NCBI GenBank assembly: GCA_026770705.1
Contig: JANJGN010000049.1
Coordinates: forward strand, 1,116,001 to 1,180,000
DNA length: 64,000 nucleotides
From: Isurus oxyrinchus
Taxonomy: Eukaryota
Reading direction: 5' to 3'
Below are positions 52,146-64,000 of the stretch, one piece after another. Each line of letters starts with the position of its first letter. The first letter of the stretch is position 1. The notes beneath the pieces are model-generated. The model made no database searches. It saw only the letters and a program-made list of their open reading frames with translations, and was not told the DNA's origin. Position numbers and translations under genes: made by a program.

Positions 52146-52619
52146 TGTTTCATGCTAAAGCACCTTTCTTTTTTATAATTACGCGTTCATTAGCCATGAA
52201 ATCTCAGTACATTAATCAAACCTTGCTAATGGGCATGGACGCTAACCATTGCTCCAGTAGATCTGCCAAATTGATTCCAGGATATTTTCCTAAACTTTCT
52301 GAAGCTAGCTGCACAAAGCCTTAAAAATCAACGAAACAATGTTAAACATAGGAACAGATACTCTAACTATTTAACTGGTGGTTTGTTACAGAAATGGATT
52401 ATTTAAATTGGTTAAGTCCGCAATTCCAGCCGAGGTGTCGCCTGAAACCCTGTAGAGTGATTGGAACAGAGCAATAGCTGAATCAAATCTGCCAAATATT
52501 TGGCAGTCATTTGACAGATAGCTGGAATTGAACCACACGTTCACTCTCCGCCATAAAACACAGTTACAAAGAAGGTTTTCATCATTTTCTCTGCTTTCAT
52601 TATTTTCTGTGATTTGAAC

Positions 52620-53700
52620 GTGATCTTGCAGGTGGTGGTGCACCTGTGCGTTTGCAGACTTTGTCCTTCTAACGCACAATGATCGCAGGTTTGGAAGGTT
52701 GCGTGGAACAAGGCTTGGCGAGATGCAGCAGTGCAGCTTTGTAGGGGAAGTAAATGCTCAAGATGGTGAACGGGTGCCAATAAAGATGTTTATTTATTGC
52801 ATTCTGGAGCGTGCCCATTTTCCTGACTGTTGCTGGGATGGCACTCGTCCCGGCAAGGGGAGGATATTCATTCACATTCCTGAGATAGAACGGGCAGATA
52901 GCGAACAGCTTTTGGGGAGGCAAGAATGTAATGGCTCCCTGCAATACTTCGAGTGTTTGATATGCTCTTGTAGCCGTAGCATTTCTAGGATTTTCCTGTT
53001 GACTTTCTGCTCAATTTTAAACTCCAGGATATCAGACATTAGCCTGAGAAACTTGTGTATGTACATTCTGAGGCAGAGTGGATGAACCAGAAACAACGAG
53101 AACCATCTTACCTTTTGCTAGCTATGATTCCAACTAGTGGAGAAATTCCCTCCGATTTCCATTAACTCAATTTTGCAGGGGAATCTGGTGCCAGATTTGG
53201 TCAAAGCCTGCATTAATATTATGGACAGAGACCCTCGCTGCACCTCTGCATATAAGTTCCTTTGTGCATGATAGGGCTAAGTCTACAATGATGTCAGGAG
53301 GCAAGTAAACATGAATCAACCCAGGGTTAGCATCTGTATGTAGGCTACGCCTGTGTCAGTGCCTCCTGATAAATCTGCTGAAGCATTCTCTCAGCACTTT
53401 CCTGATAAATGTGACTAGACCAAAGGAACGATATTTGGGTGAATTGAATTTGTCTTACCTTTAGGGGGAGGACATGCCTGGACAATCTCCCACATTGTCT
53501 GGTGGATAAGAGCGTTGTTAGGACACTGAAACATTTTGCTGCCAGTGAGGCTAGTTCAGTGGCACAAGTCTTCACATTTGCTGACGCCATATTATTAGGT
53601 CCCATTGCTTTCATGTTTCCGGTGTCTTCCGCCATTAGATTTTTGGGAGGGAGAGGGCAAAATGGAAGGTGTTGCAGTTCATTTGCTTGCACTGCAGATT
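52620..53700 (-). mobile_element. CR1/L2-group LINE RT fragments
   Basis: KAMGPNN-A-VKTCATELAS-AAK (KAxGPD motif) and a 3' region shared with 37640. Confidence 0.65.
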
Positions 53701-54024
53701 TTCATAAGGAAGGTTGCTGCTGTCGTACGCAGTTCTTGTGGTGCAGTTGGTAGCATTCCTACCACTCAACCACACGCTCTGCATTCAAGTCCCATCCCAG
53801 AACTTCATGAAAGCAACAGTTGCATTCACAACAGGTCCGATATCCCTCCGTTTCAAAATTTATGTGTACTTCACTCAATATCAAACAGGTGTTAAATTTG
53901 TAAGAGTCTTTCATCAGCTGAAACTGAGCGTTAGTTGCAATGCTCCAGGCTCTCAACTTGCAAGACTCATGTGCAAGCTTTTGCTCTTTGACAAGCGCTC
54001 TCTTTGTCTCGAGGGACAGTTCCC

Positions 54025-54162
54025 TGGAGAGAGAGAGAGAGAGAAAGGGAGAGAGAGAGGGAGTGGAGAGAGGGAGGGGGGTAGATAGAGTGGGAGGGGG
54101 AGGGACAGGTGAGAGTGAGAAGGGGGAGAGAGAAAGAGAGAGGGATGAGAGAGAGAGAGAGA
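54025..54162. repeat. (GA)n polypurine tract
   Basis: Directly visible. Confidence 0.9.
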
Positions 54163-55554
54163 TCTTTTGCAGTTATTAATCATAATGCGAGGGATACAGA
54201 GGAAAGTGCCCCCCTGAACCTGACAAGGGATTGGGATTGTGCGTTGAGTGTTTTGGTTGGTTTTGTGAGGGCAGGGGAAACCCAGCGTATTTTCTGGAGG
54301 GTTAAGGGATGGTGGAAAATAGAACAGGCAGTCTATTTGGCTCTCAAAACCATGACAGTGTGGATATCCTCAGCTGAGGGAAATGAATTCCCTATTTGAG
54401 CATTGGTATGAAAGGTGAATACTCAGAGGAGTTGTTTTGCAGATTCAGAAAAACCGGAGAATGCAATGCACAATTTATAGGAAGCTGTGTGCGAGGAAAT
54501 GATGCTGTTGGAGTCAGTGCGCTGATGGTGAATTTGGATAGCCTATCTCCAGGAATTGAAAAGCATATTCAAGGAAATGAACGGAAGAAACTGAGGGGGA
54601 CAATATGAAGGTGTGGGAATGTTGGAAATTTGAAATAAGGTTAACTGCTATCCCGAACAGTGTTTGAGAGCAGGAGATTGAACTCAGAAATGTGCCGGAG
54701 AAGGAGATGAGGGTGGGGGCCTGAGGAAGAATAAAACAAGCAAAATTTTATGCATTGTGGAGTAAAGCAACCGATATAGTTAGGATCCATTCCTGTATCT
54801 ATAGCAATATCTTGTTTTCACAGAGGTGACTGGAGTGAAAGGAGAAGTGTTTTTATTGAGTGCGACAGCAGATTCAAGTAGGGAAGGGCTGTGTTCTCGT
54901 GATGGATCGAAATTAGTTGGAAGTTATCTCAAGAAATGAACAAATATCTGTCAGTCTACCCTGGTAGGGGATGGGGGAAAAAGAAATGGTTATGGACAGG
55001 AAACTGGGAACTTTCAATGTGGCGGTGGCATTAGGCATGTCACAGGTTGGGGTGGAAAGAGACTGAATGGGGCGTTTCCAAAATGCATGGAGGCACGCTG
55101 ACCAGACACGGTCCACACATAGTGGGACAGTAAAGAATAAGGCCTTTGCAAAAGTAATATATTCGTGTTCATACAACCAAAAGCCCAATTACTGAAGACC
55201 TGTTGAAAAGGTCCCGTGCACACTAAACATAAAAGGTGTGTAAAGAGGGCATTGTGTACCTGAATTTAAAATACAACATTTCGGAAACATACCGCGTGTC
55301 TGACAGCGTCTGTGGCAAAAGAAACTGAATCGTTCTGAGATTCTACAGCATTTTATGTAACAATTTCTGACCAAATATAACTTTGGGAGTTGCACAGCTA
55401 CATTAAGTCAGTAACCGTACTGAACTGAAATGTCCAATCTGAAGGCAATCCTGCTGAATAGGATTTTGTCGATTTACAGTTGTGCTGTATAGAACTGAAC
55501 TTGTGTAAGCAGAAAGAAAATGCCTTGTGTAACGCAGATGAACAAAGATGTGTC

Positions 55555-58500
55555 TCCATGATGAACTGAAACAGTCCACACTGAATGTCCCAAAGCTGAA
55601 CTGAACCAGTCCACACTGAATATCCCCATGCCGAACTGAACCAGTCCACACTGATTGTTATCATGCTGAACTGAAACAGACCACACTGAATGTCACCGTG
55701 CTGAACTGAACCAGTCGACACTGAATGTTACCATGCTGAACTGAACCAGCCCTCACTGAATGTTACCATGCTGAACTGAACCAGACCACACTGAATATCA
55801 CTATGCTGAACTGAACCGGACCACACTGAATGTCACTGTGCTGAACTGAACCAGTCCACACAGAATGTTACCATGCTGAACTGAACCAGTCCACACTGAA
55901 TGTCAACATGCTGAAATGAAACAATCCATACTGAATGTTGCCATGTTGAACGGAAAAAATTCCACACTGAAAGCCTCCATGCTGAACTGAACCAGCCCAC
56001 ACTGAATGTCACCATGTTGAATTGAACCAGCCCACACTGACTGTCACCGTGCTGAACTGAACCAGTCCACACTGAATATCACCATGCTGAACTGAACCAG
56101 TCCACACTGAATGTTACCATGCTGAACTGAACCAGTCCACACTGAATGTAACCAGGCTGAGCTGTAACAATCCGCACTGAATGTCACTTTGTTGAATGGA
56201 ACCAGTCCACACTGAATGTAAACATGCTGAAATTAACTAGTCCACACTGAATGTCACTAGGATGAGCTGTACCAGTCCAGACTGAATGTCACCACGCTGA
56301 ACTGTACCAGTCCTCACTGAAATTCGCCATGCTGAATTCAACTAGTCAATACTGAATGTCATCATGCTGAACTGAACCGGTACACACTGAATGTCACTAT
56401 GCTGAACTGTAACAGTCCACACTGAATATTACCATGCTGAACAGAACTAGTCCACCCTGAATGTCACTTTGCTGAATTGAACCAGTCCACACTGAATGTC
56501 ACCATGCTGAACTAAACCAGTCCACACTGAATGTCAACTTGCTGAACTGAAGCAGTCCACGCTGAATGTCACCATTCTGAAATGAAACAGTGCACGCTGA
56601 AAGTCACCATGCTGAACTGAACCAGTCCACACTGGATGTCACCATGCTGAACTGAACCAGCCCACAATGAATATCACCATGCTGAACTGAACCAGTCCAC
56701 ACTGAATATCACAATAATGAACTGTAGCAGTCCACACTGAATGTCACCATTCTGACCTGAAACAGTCCACACTCAATGTCACCATGCCGAACTGAACCAG
56801 TCCACAATGAATGTCACCATGCTGAATTGAACCAGTCCACACTGAATGTCACCATGCTGATCTGAAACAGTCCACACTGAATGTCGCCATGTTGAACTGA
56901 ACCAGTCCACACTGAATATCACCATGCTGATCTGTACCCATCCACATTGAATGTCACCATGCTGATCTGTACCAGTCCAGACTGAATGTCACCATGCTGA
57001 ACTGAACCTGCCCACACTGAAGGACACCATGCTGAACCAAAATAGCCCACAATGAATGTCACCATGCTGACTTGAACCGGTCCACACTGAATGCCTCTAT
57101 GCTGAACTGAATCAATCCACACTGAATGTTAACAGGCTGAATTGAACCAATCCACAATGAATGTCATCATACTGAACTGAACCAGTCCGCATTGAATATC
57201 ACCATACTGAACTGTAGCAGTCCACACTGAATGTCACCATGTTGAATTGAACCAGTCCACCCTGAATGTCATCATTCTGAACCGAACCAGTCCACAATGA
57301 ATGTCAGCATGCTGTACTGAACTAATCCACATTGAATGTCACAATGCTGAACTGAAGCAGTCCATACTGCATGTTAAAATGCTGAACTGAACCAGTCCAC
57401 ACTGAATGTCACCATGCCGAACTGAACCAGTCCACACTGAATGTCACCATGCTGAACTGAACCATTACACACTGAATGTCATCGTGCTGAACTGAAACAG
57501 TCCACCCTGAATGTCACCATGCTGAACTGAACCAGTACACACTGAATGTCACCATGCTGAACTGTACCAGTCCACACTGAATGTCACCATGCTGAACTGA
57601 ACCTGCCCACACTGAAGGACACCATGCTGAACCAAAACAGCCCACAATGAATGTCACCATGCTGACCTGAACCAGTCCACACTGAATGCCTCTATGCTGA
57701 ACTGAATCAATCCACACTGAATGTTAACAGGCTGAATTGAATCAATCCACAATGAATGTCATCATACTGAACTGAACCAGTCCGCATTGAATATCACCAT
57801 AATGAACTGTAGCTGTCCACACTGAATGTCACCATTCTGACCTGAAACAGTCCACACTCAATGTCACCATGCCGAACTGAAACAGTCCGCAATGAATGTC
57901 ACCATGCTGAATTTAACCAGTCCACACTGAATGTCACCATGCTGAACTGAAACAGTCCACACTGAATGTCGCCATGCTGAACTGAACCAGTCCACACTGA
58001 ATATCACCATGCTGATCTGTACCCGTCCACATTGAATGTCACCATGCTGAACTGTACCAGTCCAGACTGAATGTCACCATGTTGAACTGAACCAGCCCAC
58101 ACTGAAGGGCACCATGCTGAACCAAAACAGCCCACAATGAATGTCACCATGCTGACCTGAACCAGTCCACACTGAATGCCTCTATGCTAAACTGAATCAA
58201 TCCACACTGAAAGTTAACAGGCTGAATTCAACCAATCCACAATGAATGTCATCATACTGAACTGAACCAGTTCGCATTGAATATCACCATACTGAACTGT
58301 AGCAGTCCACACTGAATGTCACCATGTTGAATTGAACCAGTCCACCCTGAATGTCATCATTCTGAACCGAACCAGTCCACAATGAATGTCAGCATGCTGT
58401 ACTGAACTAATCCACATTGAATGTCACAATGCTGAACTGAAGCAGTCCATACTGCATGTTAAAATGCTGAACTGAACCAGTCCACACTGAATGTCACCAT

Positions 58501-59275
58501 GCCGAACTGAACCAGTCCACACTGAATGTCACCATGCTGAACTGAACCATTACACACTGAATGTCATCGTGCTGAACTGAAACAGTCCACCCTGAATGTC
58601 ACCATGCTGAACTGAACCAGTACACACTGAATGTCACCATGCTGAACTGAAGCAGTCCACACTGAATGTCACCAAACTGAACTGAACCAGTACACACTGA
58701 ATATCACCATGCTGATCTGTACCCGTCCACATTGAATGTCGCCATGCTGAACTGTACCAGTCCACACTGAATGTCACCATGCTGATCTGAGCGAGCCCAC
58801 ACTGAAGGACACCATGCTGAACCAAAACAGCCCACAATGAATGTCACCATGCTGACCTGAACCAGTCCACACTGAATGCCTCCATGTTGAACTGAATCAA
58901 TCCACACTGAATGTTAACAGGCTGAATTGAACCAATCCACGATGAATGTCACCATACTGAGGTGAACCAGTCCGCATTGAATGTCACCATGCTGAACTGA
59001 ACCAGTCCACACTGAATGTCACCATTTTGAACTGAAGCAGTCCACACTGAATGTCACCATTCTGAACCGAATCAGTCCACAATGAATGGCAACATGCTGA
59101 ACTGAACTAATCCACACTGAATGTCACAATGCTGAACTGAAACAGTCCACACTGCATGTTAAAATGCTGAACTGAACCAGTCCACAATGAATGTCTCTAT
59201 GTTGAAATGAACCAACCCACACTGAACGTCTCTGTGTTGAACTGACCCAATCCATACTGAATGACACCATTTTGA
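55555..59275 (+). repeat. 35-bp tandem minisatellite, about 106 units, consensus ACTGAATGTCACCATGCTGAACTGAACCAGTCCAC
   Basis: Unit starts at 56071, 57016, 57611, 58101, 58801 and 59221 are exact multiples of 35 apart. Degenerate flanks extend to about 55410 and 59950. Confidence 0.97.
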
Positions 59276-60054
59276 AAGTAACTTCACTTTTCCAAGCTCG
59301 AAATATCCTGACCTGGCCCTGTCCATTATAAATATAAAAAACTGTCATGCTCGAGACTGCGCCAACTTTAAGTTGAGGAACTGGTCTTGCCGACTCTGAA
59401 ATTAATTTTTATAAACTGGATCTCTCTTCGCTGGATATCATCGCGCTGAGCTGCACCTAAAGCAGGATCTATTAAACATAAGATTAGTGAACACACTGAA
59501 CTCATCCATGCTGAATACGACCTTACCCAGAAATCGATGAATAAATCTGATCCACACTGGCTGGGAGCTCATTACTCTGACCCTGTACACACAAAATGTA
59601 ATTAACCCGAACGAGAGCAGTAATACACTGACATTACGGACATTGTCCAGGACATGTCGATATCAAATGTACCTTTGGAAAATTAGGCATGTCCACCCTT
59701 AACCTTACTGTTCCATATTGGAAATGCTCTGGTGAACTGATCCTGTCCACAATAAACATAATGGAAAAGACCTGAGCAATCCACGCTTAATGCAAGCGTG
59801 AGGAATTGGGCCAATGGACAGCGAAGGCAACCGAATGTAACTGGGTGTATCCTCAATTAATACGCATTCAGTTGTGTGAAAGCGTGTGAATAGTCTCAAA
59901 GGCAGTTGACACCAGGTTGCATCTGATTCGTGACAACACGGGCTGAGCAATAGTCAGGTGTGAGAACTTCTCTACGTTTCCTTAGTAACATTTGCCATTA
60001 TCAGCGTGGTCAGTATAGTCACTGGTTCACTTTAGATTAGTTTCCAGCCTCATT

Positions 60055-60244
60055 AAAGAACATTCCATGCAATTAACTCCTGAACACAAGCTGAGCAGCA
60101 GCTGCACTAATCTGTTTTTTTTAACCTAAATGTAATTAATGTAAAGTTTCAGGCCATCTAATTATCTCCCTGGAGCCTGGTATCGTGTATAAATATGACA
60201 GTTTGACAACGATTTGCAGAACACGCTCAGAGAGTCAGATAGAA
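60055..60244 (+). promoter_or_regulatory. Proximal promoter of GPCR copy 4
   Basis: CAGCTG 60099-60104, TAATTAA about 60133, TAATTA-TCTCCCTGGAG 60159-60175 and TATAAAT 60188-60194. Confidence 0.75.
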
Positions 60245-63200
60245 ATGCACGGAGCACCGACTGGTCTGGTGTTAGCCATTTACTAACCCGTCCTTGCAGC
60301 TATCGGGGTTCCAGGTAAAGTATTGTAGTTATTTTGTAACTTCAATTGTCAATGGTAGGCAGCATTAATTAACCCATATTGCCTGTCGCACATCCCCACG
60401 ATATGTTTTGTCCCATTTAATGAGATATACTTCCCCCTTCATCCGTGCACTTTTTTCCTTTAAATGGTATATATATATTTTTTTTAAGCCTGAACTACGT
60501 TTCCTTTGCTATTCTAACCATATCAGTTCGCCATTTTAAGGTTCCTTTTTGCCTAATTTAAGAATGCATTTTCTTCAATCTATTGATTTATTTTCTATTA
60601 ATGTGATAGTTTCTCCACTATCCCTTTTATTCCCCATCTTACCTTTATAATTCCCTCCCTGTAATGGTGCACTATCCCCCAATCGCTTTAATTATATATT
60701 TATATAATTTATATTATTTACTGTTAGCCATCTCACGATGTAAACATACTTCAATTGTGCTATCGGCACAATTGCTGTGGATTAATTATTTGCACCGTAT
60801 TGTTAAACATTAAAAGCAATTCCATTGTTGGCGCTGATACACAGGGAAAATAAGAGCGAGTGCAACGAAAGTTTACCTGACTGATTCCTGGCATGGCAGT
60901 GCTGACATATGAGGAGAGATTGAGTCGGTTAGGATTATATTTGTTAGGGCGCAGAAGAATGAGGGGGGGATATCATAGAAACCTAGAAAATTCTAACAGG
61001 AATAGACAGGGTAGATGCAGGGAGGATGGTCCCGATGGTGGGGGAGTCCAGAACCAGGGATCACAGTCTGAGGATATGGAGCAGACCACTTGGGGCTGAG
61101 ATGAGGAGAAATTTCTGCACATAGAGGGAAGTGAGCCTCTGGAATTCGCTACCACAGAAAGTAGTTGGGTCCAAAACATTGTACGTTTTTGAGAAGAATT
61201 TTGATATTCGCCCTCTTGGGGCTAAAGGGGTGAAAAGGTACGGGGAGAAAGCTTGAACAGGTTATTGAGTTGGATGATCAGCCATGATCATAATGAATGG
61301 CGGAGCAGGCTCGAGGGGCCGAATGGCCTACTCCTGCTCCTATTTTCCATGTTTCTATGTTTATATAATCATACCATTATCATGGAGTTCCTATGGGTGA
61401 TTAATCAAAATGTTGTTACAATGTGAATGAAATTTGATTTTCTAACTGGCTCTATAGAATAGCACGTTGTTATCAGGGTGTAATTGTACTTCCACTGTGT
61501 TGCCACAAGGTTCTTGTGAGTTTTATGACAGTGTAAAAATAGTTCAGTTGTGTTCTTGACCGTGTTCCCGTTGTTTATTGAAAAAAGAAATGTTAAAGTG
61601 CAAATGCATTTCTATTGATTTTTTGCCATTGCCATTAAAGGAATAATTCCCAATAATGGTTGAATGATCGATAATCGATTGAATATTTCCCAGCTGAACT
61701 TAGTAGCTCAAGTTACTAAGGAACATGATTAGGCACCGATTTTTGACAGATATTTTAGCAGTGTAAAAGTAACGTTTCGATGAATGATTGGTATTTGCCT
61801 CAAACTCAACGTTCTGTTTCTCAGTCTCAAACAAATTGAGCAAGTTGACTGCGGACATTTCCAAGACTCAGTATTTTTTTACAGTCATTCGTTGACTGGG
61901 GTCACTTTTGATGCTCAACCTGACATAATGTGTTTTCTGGCTAGTTTCCTCAGGTATTGTTCAATAGTTTTTTTTTTCAGCTGCATCGCTATTCTGGATA
62001 GAATTTGTCGATGTAGCAGATATTTTATTTTACTTTCTATCTATTTGCTGCTCCCATGTTTTTGGATGCCTTTGTGCTCTCTGCTGCATGTCATTATATT
62101 ATTCTTATGTCATTGACCTACCTTAGTTTCGGGATTATTATTTCAACCATGGAAACAATTGTCCCTAGCTTTTGGGATACTTTTGAACACATAATCACAT
62201 CTTAAATGTATTATTTTCACCAGAATCCTTTAAAGCATTATTTTTGAGGGATTGGCGGTTTGTTGGGGTGTGGTGGGGAAAAGAGTTGTGGGGCTGCAGG
62301 TGGAGGAAATTCAGAAAGTTTCTTGATCTTGATCTTGATCTCTCCCAGATGCATTTTCTCTCTATCTCTCTTGCTTACACAAGCTATCTTACAATATCTT
62401 TATCTGTATTACAGCTAACTTGGAAGTGATTGTGATCTTGTCTCGAAGAAGGTGTGGTCTCTCTAGATGTATCATTTGTTACCTGGTATTCATGGCGGTG
62501 ACGGATCTCCTAGTCATGATCACTGCTCTGATATTAAGCTGGATTGCTGGTATTTATTTCCCATACAGTTCCTTGTCCATCACGCCTGCTGCAGTCTCCG
62601 AACTTCCTTAATCTATGCAGCCATTGACAGTTCCGCCTGGTTAACGGTTGTTTTCACTTTTGACCGATTTGTGGCAATTTGTTGCCAGAAGCTGAAAATA
62701 AGATACTGTACCGAGAGGACAGCAGCAGTGGTTATAGGAATAGTGTCCACACTGAGCTGCGTAAAAAGCACGTTCATGTATTTTGCAAACGAACCTATGT
62801 ACTTAATTAACAATATACCTTGGTTCTGCAGGTTAAAGTCAGTATACTATACGTCACCTGCATGGGCTGCATATGACTGGGTTCGTTCCATTGTAACCCC
62901 GTGTCTTCCATTCATTCTGATTTTACTGCTCAATGCTCTAACCATTCGACATATTGTCTTGGCCAATAGAGACTCCGCAGGAGACTCCGGGCCCAGAGCA
63001 ATGAAGTCGACCAGAGTGACCTGGAGATGGAAAAGCGGAAGAAGTCCATGGTTTTACTCTTTGCCATCTCGGGCAGCTTCATCCTGTCATGTTTCTTATT
63101 TTTTATAATGGTGTTTTATGTCCGAATTGCCAATGTCCCTTACTTCTCAGGTTTGGATTTCAATGATTCTGCATTTGTTCTAGAGGAAAGTGGCTATCTG

Positions 63201-63311
63201 CTTCAGATCATGAGTTCCTGCATCAACCCATTTATTTATGCTGGGACTCAGAGAAAATTCAGGGCTGAGATAAAGAATGTGCTCAGCCTAATGTTTAAAT
63301 TATCTAAATAA
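60245..63311 (+). pseudogene. GPR139-like GPCR copy 4, pseudogene (exon 1 60245-60314, exon 2 62415-63311)
   Basis: Exon 1 MHGAPTGLVLAIY*PVLAAIGVP has TAA at 60284. Exon 2 retains DRFVAICC and NPFIY but has frameshifts near 62590 and 62970. Confidence 0.92.
60860..61362 (+). mobile_element. CR1 LINE 3' end in the copy 4 intron
   Basis: LTYEERLSRLGLY-LGRRRMRG and the tail GGGCCGAATGGCCTACTCCTGCTCCTATTTTCCATGTTTCTATG. Confidence 0.9.
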
Positions 63312-64000
63312 TTTTTACAACATCAGTGAAATATAACATGAATTATGTGCTAAATTCCATCAGTTCACATTATTGACCATATCACATAGATCCGCCCTTC
63401 CAAGGTGCATTCGTTTTTAGCTCATTACCCTGTATGGTGAAATTAAGAATGTATAAGGAACCCTGCATCACCAGGCAATTATGTTTTGTAAACTGTTCTA
63501 AGTTAGTTTCCCACCTTCTCGTCTACAATGACTCTGAACCTTTCATTTTCTATATGGATCAAGGGCGTTGGATATCAGGATAGCTTGAATCAGCTGGTCA
63601 TGAGCCATGATGGCAAGATTACACTTGGTTATTGTTCTTTCATGGGATGAGTGCATCGCTGGTAAAGCCAGCACTTGTTTCCCATCCTTAATTTACATCA
63701 TCAAGGCACTTCCTCGATGGGCTCCTCCATTGTATACACGTGAGTGCACAATACAGTTTGAAGCTGTGCCAGGTGTTGTCATTTCCTCTGGTGTTCCATC
63801 TCCTGTTGGCTTGCAATAGATGTGCCACATCAGCCTAAAGGTGGCCAATACAGGGCTCTCATATTTCCAACGGAATGGTCTCAACTTACTGTCTCTGTAG
63901 GCAGTCTGGTGCACCTGTGCTATGCTTGCAGGTTTGCAACCGTGCTGCATGAGTCTGCCTGTGTTGATGGACAATATGGGGGGGATGATGTGCCATATAA

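Noticed and set aside
55555-59275. CRISPR array or repetitive protein gene
   Set aside because: Units are contiguous with no unique spacers and there are no cas genes. The context is a spliced eukaryotic locus. 35 is not a multiple of 3, and the minus-strand ORFs are short repeat artefacts.
60245-63311. Pseudogene lesions as sequencing errors
   Set aside because: Each of the three copies has in-frame stop substitutions as well as indels, mostly outside homopolymers.

Overview
Eukaryotic, repeat-rich vertebrate DNA. The CR1, Penelope and SINE families and the receptor type point to a cartilaginous fish (inference). The window holds a cluster of two-exon class A GPCR genes of the GPR139/GPR142-like type. 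One copy is intact (exon 1 10508-10577, exon 2 12830-13740, 326 aa). Three tandem copies are pseudogenes (22702-25961, 41044-44485, 60245-63311). A fifth copy shows only exon 1, on the minus strand (499-568), head-to-head with the intact gene. The ORF track misses all the 70-nt first exons. Each copy sits in the same non-coding cassette: a 35-bp tandem repeat field upstream, then an E-box, a homeodomain TAATTA next to an O/E(EBF)-like TCCCTGGAG, and a TATA box, then a 22-bp degenerate intron repeat. The four plus-strand copies also carry a roughly 66-bp intron repeat. Upstream of the last copy the 35-bp repeat has expanded into a 3.7-kb array with higher-order structure. The main hypothesis is an expanded, birth-and-death, amino-acid-sensor-derived chemoreceptor family with olfactory-receptor-like promoters. 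The rest is decayed transposons: a Vingi-like LINE, CR1 LINEs, a second LINE/SINE pair, Penelope pieces with palindromes and a hammerhead-like core, a Gypsy LTR relic and Harbinger-like relics. All alignments were done by eye, so transposon boundaries are approximate.
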